From assembly GCA_001179505.1 (NCBI GenBank), contig CDMY01000443.1:11783-75782 (forward strand): 64,000 bases of DNA, given 5' to 3'. A program made the position numbers and the translations under genes. Origin of the DNA: Vitrella brassicaformis CCMP3155 (taxonomy: Eukaryota; Protista; Chromerida). Each line of letters opens with the position of its first letter. Positions within the stretch are counted from its first letter, which is position 1. Below are positions 50,059 through 59,674 of this stretch, piece by piece. The notes beneath the pieces were generated by a model that saw only the letters and a program-made list of their open reading frames with translations, had not been told where the DNA came from and did no database searches.

Positions 50059-50487
50059 TCAGGTCAGCTGCAGCCGCTCCTTCACGCTCATTATGTCGTT
50101 CAGTAGTCCCTCGGTGCACTTGTGCATGGTCTCGGAGCACCTCTTGCGCATGGTCTCGGAGACGCCTGGCTCGCTGCCGAGCTCGGTCTCGAACTCGCGG
50201 TAATGCTTGATGACATGCTCTGTCGTCTCGATCGCGGCCTTGCCCTCCTCCTTGTCCTGCGTGGCACACATGCACACGGAGACAGACGGAGTGAGTGAGC
50301 ATGTCTGGTTGACTGCCTGTCTGGTTGACTGTGTGTCTGGCTGACTGCCCACCTTGGCGTTGCGCAGCTTGTCCGTGCAATCGTTGGCGTCGCATTGAAT
50401 CCTCTGGACGATGAAGTCCTCTAGCGAGCCGCGGCCAAACAGGCCAGTCTGAGCCCGCCAGGCGTTGGATGAGGTAAGCGACGACAT
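50059..50487 (-). CDS. Small (about 110 aa) two-exon hypothetical helical protein
   Basis: MSSLTSSNAWRAQTGLFGRGSLEDFIVQRIQCDANDCTDKLRNAK|DKEEGKAAIETTEHVIKHYREFE...SVKERLQLT*, with a clean phase-0 GT-AG intron at about 50353-50260. Confidence 0.65.
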   Translation of the reverse strand: MSSLTSSNAWRAQTGLFGRGSLEDFIVQRIQCDANDCTDKLRNAKVGSQPDTQSTRQAVNQTCSLTPSVSVCMCATQDKEEGKAAIETTEHVIKHYREFETELGSEPGVSETMRKRCSETMHKCTEGLLNDIMSVKERLQLT

Positions 50488-50778
50488 GACAGAAGCAATC
50501 GACGACAAAAGTCAATCAACAGTCAGTCACTGAAGCCGCGCACACGTGGCTCCACGGACTCGCTCGCCGACCTATGGGCTGCTGCGTGTACACGTACGTA
50601 CGTATGCAAGTATACATGCGTGTGTCTATGCAGCAGGCTTACTTAGTGTCTACGCATTTGTCAACAACGTGGCCTATCTCTCTCTTTCTCTCTTCGCTCC
50701 ACACGTTCACAGAGACATGTATTGCTCAAATCCTGCTGCACTCCAGACCACACAGTCTCGGCCACACTGTCTCTCAGT

Positions 50779-52732
50779 TCAGGTGTGGGCGATGGTCTCG
50801 AGCAGTATCTCATAATGCGACGACAGGGGCGTCCCGTCATGCACATGACGCACAGCACGACACAACACCGGCAAATCCGCTTCCCTGCAACCAGACACCA
50901 CCAACACAAAGACCGAATGAGCACTCTTCTCACAGCCACCACAGATCTGACGTGGCTGCTGACCTGCTGACAAACTTGGCAACATAGAGCAAGAGGTTGC
51001 GCACTCAGTGGCCGCCGCTTGACGCCCCGACCCAGCACATGACGACGCATCACGGCCGCCAGCGACTCCTCTCCATTCAGCTGCGGCACGAAAGGTGACG
51101 GAAAACTGTTCTGCAGCCAGCCCTCGTGAGACTGGATGGCCACAGGGATGAGGTAGAAGAGAACGTCCAGATCGGTCGTCTCGCGGCCCTCGACAGACAC
51201 AGGCTCGGTGGTGGCGATGAGGGACGCGTTGCTGGCTGGGGCAGGCAGCACAAACAGACTATCGGACGTCGACTGAATCAAGATATGCAGACGTGCAGCA
51301 GAAGTGGATGTCCGCACGAGTAACTTGCTTCACGTGTTGTGCTATGGCGTACCTGTACGGCTTGCTTGCTCATGTGGAAGGCCTCGAGGGCGATGTCATT
51401 GCCTTTACTGACGGTGGCCACGCGGACACGAACACCTCCCCCTCCTCCCTGCCGTGTCGCTGTATGCACCGCCGCTGCAGCAGCGAGGCGGTGATGATCT
51501 TCTCACTGCTGCCCACGGGTGTCTGCTCGTCGCGGCTCGTGAAGATCCAGCCCACCAGCCGAAGAACGAGCAGCTCGGCGACTCTGAAAAGAAAGAGAGA
51601 TATTAAAGTGAGAAGAGAGCCACGTACGTCGCGTGGTTCTTGTTGTCTGCTGACCTGTCAGCACTGTCAAGTTCCCTGTTTGAGGACAAGAGCTACATCC
51701 ACGCACAAACACGCACATAGATCCTGCCGTTCAACTGTCTCGGCACACACCGACCTGGTCGAGGTCGCATTCCTCCCCCTCTCTCCATGCCATTGCCGAC
51801 GGCTGCGTGACGGCCTCCACGGTGATGCGGCCTGTCGACGCGTCCACCGTGCCGTACAGCAAGGCAGCACCCCTCACAGAAGTCTCTGTGCCGTTCCTCG
51901 CCGCAGCAAATGCCCTCATGCCGGAGAGGAACCACTCAGCAGCGCCCGAACACGCTCACCTGCATACACCGTGCAGGCAACGGATCTCAACCACCGAATG
52001 AATCATTCTTCCGCTGATTCATCCGTCCCCCATTCACTTACCTGCTTGACCACCTTATCAGTCTGCGCCTTGACCTGCAGCCTCTTGTTCATCTGCTGCC
52101 GGTCCTGCATCGACATCTGACCCACACGACCACCGGTTCGCCGCCTCAGCCGACCGCTGCGCATCGATGAGAGCTCAGGGTAGGGCACATAACCATCACG
52201 CACGTACTTGGCTGTTGTCGGCCTCGCAGGATGGGGCTCAGATGGCAGGCGTCCTGATGGCGCAGCCGGCGGCGTCTGTGAGGGCTTGTCAGCTGATGGC
52301 GGTCGGAAGAGGTAGATGATCTGGCCGTTCTGGATCTTCAGCCTCTGCAGAGTGGCGCTGTCGCTGAGCTTGAAGGCGTCGCTGGGATCCTCTGCAAACG
52401 GGAACGAAGACGCATCTCGGTCAAGACCCAACTGAACGACCGAGCACGTCACACAGCGAGAGCCTAACGGGCTTGTTTGTCCTGTCCCCTGACCTTTCTT
52501 CTGATGGATCGCAGTCTTTCGTTTGTCCTGATCTGGTCCTCATGGCGACTCTCTTGAGCTCTCCCGTCGGCAAGCTCACCCGAACGATGATAGACTCAGC
52601 CGCACCCGCAACACACAGCGCCTGGCTCGCGATGCCGACGACCAGGCAGACGCAGAGCTGAATAAGAAAGGGCGCTGCCGATGAATTGCCGGATGCTGGC
52701 GATGCTGAAGAAATTGCCACTGATCCACTCAT
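50779..52732 (-). pseudogene. NPL4: NPL4-like (plant/algal-type, no zinc fingers) p97/Cdc48 cofactor gene with four apparent 1-nt frameshifts; pseudogene or locally mis-assembled gene
   Basis: Conserved blocks: IIVRVSLPTGELKRV..LQRLKIQNGQIIYL (UBL); GAALLYGTVD..ITVEAVTQP; RVAELLVLRLVGWIF; IALEAFHMSKQAV; DLDVLFYLIPVAIQSHEG..NSFP; NLLLYVAKF; DLPVLCRAV..HYEILLETIA. They can only be joined by frame changes at about 52542, 51948, 51421 and 51000. Confidence 0.75.
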
Positions 52733-52995
52733 CGATTTCAAAGATCTCAGCGACAATCGCTCAGCCGAAGCCTGTGCCTTTGTCCGTAGCATGCCGCATT
52801 GGCGAGCTCAAAAAGCTCGATCTGCAAGCTTTTTCTCCTCGGGAGGTGAATGGATGGCGTTATGGCCTTTCCCGCAGGTGCTGTGGTGTTGCACCTGTCG
52901 GCCGCACAGACTCACTGTAAGCGTGGCGCCTGAATAAGCACAGTTCAGGTATTGTCTGTTTCGACGTTGGCTCATGCAGGTACATAGCTGTGCCC

Positions 52996-55900
52996 ATGGA
53001 TGTAGCAGTGCCAGCTCCCGCCAGCGGCGCGAAGGCAGCCCGCTCCGACTGGCGGGACCGGCGGTTTCCATTGTCGGCGGAGCTGCCTCTTAACGTGCTC
53101 AAGAGCGTGTTCAAGGGCAGCAAGGTTCAGCAGTATAAGCTAGATAAACTGCTTGAGATATACGACACCTGGAGACGCGTCAGAGGGGACGGTAAGGCAA
53201 CACACACACGGGCAATGGGAGTGGGTGACGTGATGCAAGACTTGCACATGTCATTTTGGTGCTTTGTGTGTGGCGTGTCTGTTGTGTGCAGGGAACTGTT
53301 TTTATCGTGCCCTCGGTTGCGCCCTGTTGGAGCGGATGAATGCGGGCGAGTACACGTTCAACATCCCTACCAAGGTGCTGGAGGACACCAACCTGGCAAG
53401 GGAGTGGGAGAGCCTGCTGTGCCTCCGTGGAGAAGAGCTCCACATCGCCCTCACGCGCGGCGACCTCGACGAGCCCATGAGTGGGTGCACAGCAACACCC
53501 GCCCCACAGCAGACATTCATGACCGTGTCGTGCACTTTGCTCTGCTGTTCTTTCCTTCAGTCATGATCTTCCGTGCTGTCATTGCCCAGTACATGAAGGA
53601 TCACGTGGACATGCCCGTGACACCGTCTGGTGATGATGGTGAGCGTGGGCTCACGATCGCCGAGTACGTGCGGACCTACGCCATTCCCTCTCGTAGCAGC
53701 CCCAGCCCCGGCGCAGGTGACGCCTCATCCTCATCGGACTCGCCCACACCAAAGGAGGCCGCCCTGCAGCAGCAGGGGCAGCGGCAGGGGCAGCAGGGGC
53801 AGCGGCAGGGGCAGGGGCAGCGGCAGGGGCAGGGGCAGCAGCAGGGCGAAGGCGAGGAGAAGCGGTTCTTTGAGACCGTCGAGCAGTACACAGACATGGA
53901 GGTCCTGCACATGGGTGAGTGATGGGGGAGGGGGGACTGCTACGTGGCGACACAGATACGTGGGGTTGGTGGCCACTATGTCTGTGTCTGTATGTGTGTG
54001 TGTCAGGCCATGATGCAGAGGGCGGGTTGGTGGTCACCGTTGCCTGCTTAGCCCTCAAGGTCAACATCAACATTGTTTTGCTGGTAAGTGACTGACACGA
54101 CAACAATACCGATACGTACGAGTACACACGCCTTTCTCGCTCGACTCATGTGTCCTCCGTCTGTGTGTGTCAGGACGATACGGAGGGTAAGGAGTGCCCG
54201 CTCTACGAGTACCCCTTGGGCTCAGAGAAGTACGGCAACACACCTATCGTGCTCTTCTTCCGGCCAGGGCACTACGACGTGCTCTACGACAAGCACGTAC
54301 CCAGATACACACACAACAACGACGCACCCGACGTGTGTATTGACAGCTGTGTGCTGTGGTGTGGCGTCTTGTGGTGCGCTGTCATGACCATAGGTCCAGC
54401 TTGCAGCGTTTTCCGCAGATCAGCGGGTTCGTCTCTTGTTGCAGCGACTGCAACAAGGAGACCATGCTGCGAGTGATGGTACGTGGGCACCACACCACAC
54501 CACACCACACCACACCACACTCCACTTGACTGCCCCATGTGTCTGTCGTCTTGATGTGTGTGTTTGCACCACAGGACCTCTTAGCCTGCAACCATCGGCT
54601 TTGCGTCACATGCAAACTGAGGCTGGGGAAGAAGGAAGACGTAAGGAAGGCAGCAGGCTCATCACACCGTACACACACATGCACACGCGCTGCCCCAATT
54701 TCTTTGTTTGCAGGAGCCGGTGGATGACCTCTCATGTCCCGTGTGTTCGGTCTCAACCGCCGAGAATGCGGACGGTGACCAGCTGCAGTGCCCCATCTGC
54801 TCACGTCGTGAGCTCCTCGTGAGGCTCCCCTGCTGCAAAAAGGTAGGTAGCCAACCACCCGCACAAAGACGGACATGAACTCACTTCCCTGCACTGGTCG
54901 CTGCTTGTGTGTGCCATATGTGGATGGATGGATGGATGGATGGACGGATGGATGGATGCAGATCCTGTGCAAGGAATGCGCTGATGACCACCTCGGTGTC
55001 AACAAAAGGAAGATGAAGGACAAGGTAGGAAAGACCGAAGAAACAGACACACATGCATACACACATACTTCCCTCATACGCCTTCTCCTGCTCTTCCTGG
55101 CTCAGGGCCGGCGTGTGGACGTCACGGTGTGTCCCCGCTGCCAGCACAACGACCTCTTCAAGTACTTCACAGACGCAATCGGGGACCCCGACGCGTCGCC
55201 GCCGCCCCTTCCACCCATCACCACACCACCGAGCAGCATCACGAGCGCGCCGCCGCCCCCGCCCCCTGTCGACACCGCAAGCACCAGCTTACAGCGACAC
55301 AGCAACACAGCACCCGCACCGCAGGCACCAGTGGCGGCCCCTCCTCCCCTGGCGAGTCTGCCCATGTCCCTGTTTCCTCCTCTGCCCCCCCGTGGCTCCC
55401 CTCCGCCATCCACTCCACCCGCACCCAAGACCACACCCCCACCCCCACCCCCACCAGCGGCCGCTCACACCCCCGTCCATCTCTGCTGCCTCTGCTCACA
55501 AGAAAGTCCGGCCGTTCTCGGATTCAAGCAGGGCGAGGTCACCTACTGCGCGTGCTTCGACTGTGTCTGCCGGAGGTGTGCTGAGCAGCTGCGAAACCCC
55601 CAGGGCCAGCGGGGTGTGGTGTCCATCGAGGGCCAGGAGGTCAATATTGACCGCTTCCTCACCCAGTTCATCCGGACGCAAGGCAGCGAGAGAGCCACAT
55701 GGCTGGGGGTCGATGTGGAGGCGCTTAAGCGGCGGATGCACATCCCGCGACGCGAGCAGCACCACGAGGCGTCATCGTCGCGGCAGGGGGGAGGCGGAGA
55801 GAGAGGGAGGCGGGGAGGGGGACGGATGGGAGGACCGGTGGTGGTGGTGAGGACGGAGCTGCAGGCTCCCATCAGAAGGACCGATCGCATGCGTCTGCCC

Positions 55901-56322
55901 GAAATGCTGCTCATCCTCATCAAGAGCGCTGGTGAGTGAATGGCCAACTCCGCACACGAAAAACACCATCACACGTTCACGCTAACACCATGTGTGTGTG
56001 TGTGTGTGTGTGTGCATGTGTGTGTGTGTGTGTGTGTGTGATGCTCTTCAGGATTCGACTGCGTGCTGGCCTATGGAGAGGAGCTGTACAACTTTGGTCA
56101 GACGGTCGTCCATTTAAGGGTGGCTACTACACCGACCGCCTCAGACCCGTAGGGCAGAAGGGCAACACCATCGTGGCCTTCCTGGACGAGCTGGACCACG
56201 CCAGCGGCTTCCCCGCCCACCTGTCGGCGGCCATGGCGGCCATGCCCCCTCGCCCAGTGGACGACCACAAGACCCCCTACATGGCCTCCCTAGACGACTA
56301 CCCTCATTCCACTGCAGTGTAG
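52996..56322 (+). CDS. Otubain-type (peptidase C65) deubiquitinase fused to two or three RING-like Zn fingers; may continue to 58719
   Basis: RRVRGDGNCFYRAL and LFFRPGHYDVLY give an intact Asp/Cys/His set. Spliced downstream exons give CSDC-x13-CNHRLCVTC-x16-CPVC, CPIC-x10-CC-x4-CKEC...CPRC and CCLC...CACFDCVCRRC. Confidence 0.85.
53769..53847 (+). repeat. Coding minisatellite (cagcggcagggg-like) encoding QGQRQG repeats inside the OTU domain
   Basis: cagcagcaggggcagcggcaggggcagcaggggcagcggcaggggcaggggcagcggcaggggcaggggcagcagcagggc. Confidence 0.9.
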
Positions 56323-58719
56323 GAGGTCGTGACGCACCTCCGCAACACGGCCGGGATGTATTTCGAAATCATGACGCGGCAGCCGACGGATGAGGGGCAT
56401 GAGGGCGTGGACGACAGTGAGAAGAAGGCGAGGCACGAGAGGCTCAAGAAAAGACTGGAGCAGGCGTCGAAGGTCCGCGCACAGACGACAGACACACAGC
56501 CTTCATTGACAGACAGGGAATTTCCTTCCTATGTGTGGCTGCAGCTGGAGTTCATGATGGCGGGCGGTCCTAAAAAGGATCACGGTTTGCCAGTGCTGGA
56601 GAAGCTCTTCGCGCACGACGAGCTGGGCGACAAGCCATCAGTGCTGGGCGGCCGGGTGGCGGTGCTGTTCTGCTTCATGGCGAAGATCAAGCCACAGTCG
56701 CGGAACGGCATGGGCGCCGACATTACCAATAAAGACCTCTATCCCGCCATCAACAAGGTACGCCTCGCATGCATGAGGGAGCGAGGGAGGCACCAACCAC
56801 ACCACCACCATCTAGGTCGGTCTGTCTGTCTGTCTATGATGTTGTCCAGATGGTCGCGCGCATGTACAGCGACATGCAGGAGTTCCGTGCCTTTGCTGAG
56901 GCCGTCGAGCAGGAGGTCCTCTTCGACGTGTATGAGCCACAAGTGGGGGGCCTCACATTTCAGGCGATCAGCCGCAAGCTCCCCCTCCTGGCCATCAACC
57001 GCCCGGCAGATGACGACGACGCCACCTTGACCAGAGAGGAGTACGACGCCGCCAGGAAGCAGCGCGAGAATTGGCTGGCGGCGGCCCGAGAGGGCCTGTA
57101 CCAGGATGCGGCCCGCCCCAAGCTCCCTCAGGATCGTGCGACCGGTCGTCCAGGTCAGGGAAACGAGAGAGGCAAGGGATGGTTCCGTAGGAGCGGATTG
57201 GATGTGTGTGGCGGTCTGTGTGTCTTGTCTTATGCGTCAGGTGGTGGTGGTGGCGGTGGTGGTGGTGATGGTCGTGGTCCCACTGCAGAGCTGCCGACAT
57301 CTTCGTCGTCTTCGCATCCCGGCCCTTCCTCCAGCTTCGAGTCGGATCTCTACCGTCGGACGCGTCCCGCAACCACCACCAGCACAACAAGCCGGCTCCC
57401 TCTCTTCCTCCCCCGCCCCCTCCCCANNNNNNNNNNNNNNNNNNNNNNNNNNNNNNNNNNNNNNNNNNNNNNNNNNNNNNNNNNNNNNNNNNNNNNNNNN
57501 NNNNNNNNNNNNNNNNNNNNNNNNNNNNNNNNNNNNNNNNNNNNNNNNNNNNNNNNNNNNNNNNNNNNNNNNNNNNNNNNNNNNNNNNNNNNNNNNNNNN
57601 NNNNNNNNNNNNNNNNNNNNNNNNNNNNNNNNNNNNNNNNNNNNNNNNNNNNNNNNNNNNNNNNNNNNNNNNNNNNNNNNNNNNNNNNNNNNNNNNNNNN
57701 NNNNNNNNNNNNNNNNNNNNNNNNNNCTCCCCCGCCCCCTCCCCAGCACAACCAGCACAACCACTGCATTGATCATCGCAACGGGCGACAGCAGGGAGGT
57801 CATGGGCAGTCCGGCGCCACCCAGTACCACCACACGGCCACCAACCGAGGTGTGCCGGCCGGCGGCTACGCTGCCCACCACGGGCAGGCGGCAATGATGC
57901 GCGGCCAGCAGCACCAGCAATACCAGCAGCAGCAGCACCAGCAATACCAGCAGCAGCCCCCAATGCAGCATCAGCACCAGGGCGGGTATGGAGGCTGGGG
58001 AGGGGCCAACGCCAGTGGGGGCGCCAACGTCTATGCCGCGCAGCAGCAACAGCAGCAGTATCGGCACCAGTGCTATCCCCCCCACCACCAGCAGGCGGCG
58101 TATTGCGGGAACGGGCCGGTTTACAACGACTACGGTGCCAACTACGGCCAGATGAACCAGGACGGCAATGCCCGGCCCCACACGCAGCAGCAGCAGCAGC
58201 AGAGCTTTCCCACCATCCTGCCCATCCCAGGAACCACCCGACAGAACGAGCGGGACGGCGGATGGCACGGCCATGGGGCGAGCGGCGATGGGGGCGGGCT
58301 GAGAGGCGGGCGGGGCGGTCGAGGGGGAGATAGCCGTGTCGGTGGCCATCACGGGCCGGCCGGGACGACAGGGGCTGGTGATGCCTTCGGGTCTCAGCCA
58401 GACCCACTGACAGACGGCTGTTGGTGGTAAGGGAGGGAGGGAGAGAGGGGGGCCACAGAAGCACATAGGGGTGTCTGCATCATGGGCTGTGCGTCATGCG
58501 GTTGTTGTGTATGCATTTAGGTATCGTGATCGGGATAAGGAGGTGCAAGGACCGTGGACTGCCCACCGGATGAAGCTGGGCGTCCAGCACCGGTGCATCC
58601 TTCGCGAAACCGACGTGGCCTTCAGCCCAACCCACCCGAGCCCATCACGCTTTGCGAAGCTGCAGCAGATCTACCCGAATGGACGGTACTTCGAGTCGAG
58701 GCCAGCCTGGTTGCCGTGA
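56323..58719 (+). CDS. Helical domain, Q/G/N/Y-rich low-complexity region and C-terminal GYF-like domain; either the 3' part of the OTU-RING gene or a separate gene
   Basis: Exons EVVTHLRNTAGMYFEIM.. / LEFMMAGGPKKDHGLPVLEKLF.. / MVARMYSDMQEFRAF..; a Q-rich segment at 57.7-58.4 kb; last exon YRDRDKEVQGPWTAHRMKLGVQHRCILRETDV, resembling GYF (Y-x-D-x5-QGP-x5-M). Confidence 0.6.
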
Positions 58720-59674
58720 GAGAGGGGAGCGAGGGAGGAGGGGTGTTTTGCATTTGAGACGGTGCGGTATAGGGAGAGGGGAGGGAATGGATGGATGGAT
58801 TGTGTGTTCCGCGTGTGTGGTATGGATGTGTCTCTCGTCTTCTTCACTTTCCTCCTCCTGGCTGCCCGCTCTCCTGTCTGGCTGCCTAGCTGTCTGTCTG
58901 TCTGTCTGGATGGATGGATGAATGTGGGAGGAGGGAGGGAGGAAATGGCCTCGTACAAAGACAAGGAAAGCCAGCAGTGAATGACAACAGACCGACCAGC
59001 AGCGAGATACATACATCGATGGATAGACAGAATGCCGCCTGTCGGCAAGCCTCTCGGCTGCTGCTACACGGAGATCAGCATGAAGAAGGGCAAGGAGGAC
59101 CCGCCCGTGGGTATTGACGATAGAAAGCAAGCCCGCGTATGTGTAGCTGGGTGGATGGTTGGTGGCTTCTTGTCAATATGTATAAATGCGTCCATCTGCG
59201 GGGCGAGAGAGGGAGAGAGAGAAGACAGATTGACGGGCGACTGTGTCGAGATAGATTTGGCGTACGGGGCATGTGACACAGCCATGCCATGCGCGTGTGT
59301 AGCTGGGTGGACCGACTTATGATAGCTATGGATGGATGCATCGATCGACTGACTGATGCTGTGCGTGGTTTTTGTCAACATACATACGTGCTAGCGAACG
59401 AATCGATTCCAGATGTCTCACCCAAACAAATTGGTGTTCACTTCCAATCCACACACACGCTATCAACTCAGACAGGAGAATCAAACTTGTGAGATCAGGC
59501 CGGCAGCTATGCACCGACTAAAGCAATTGATCAGTCAAGTAAAGGCACCACACCGGCACAGCGAATATGCGAAGTAAGTCGCCTACAGATGAATACTGCA
59601 GGCGTGCATCGAATCACACGCGCCGCTGTCGATTGGCGACACCCACACGAGTTGCTGTACAAGTGGGTATCGAC

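Noticed and set aside
50059-50487. Prefoldin or other known small chaperone assignment
   Set aside because: No diagnostic motif could be matched by eye.
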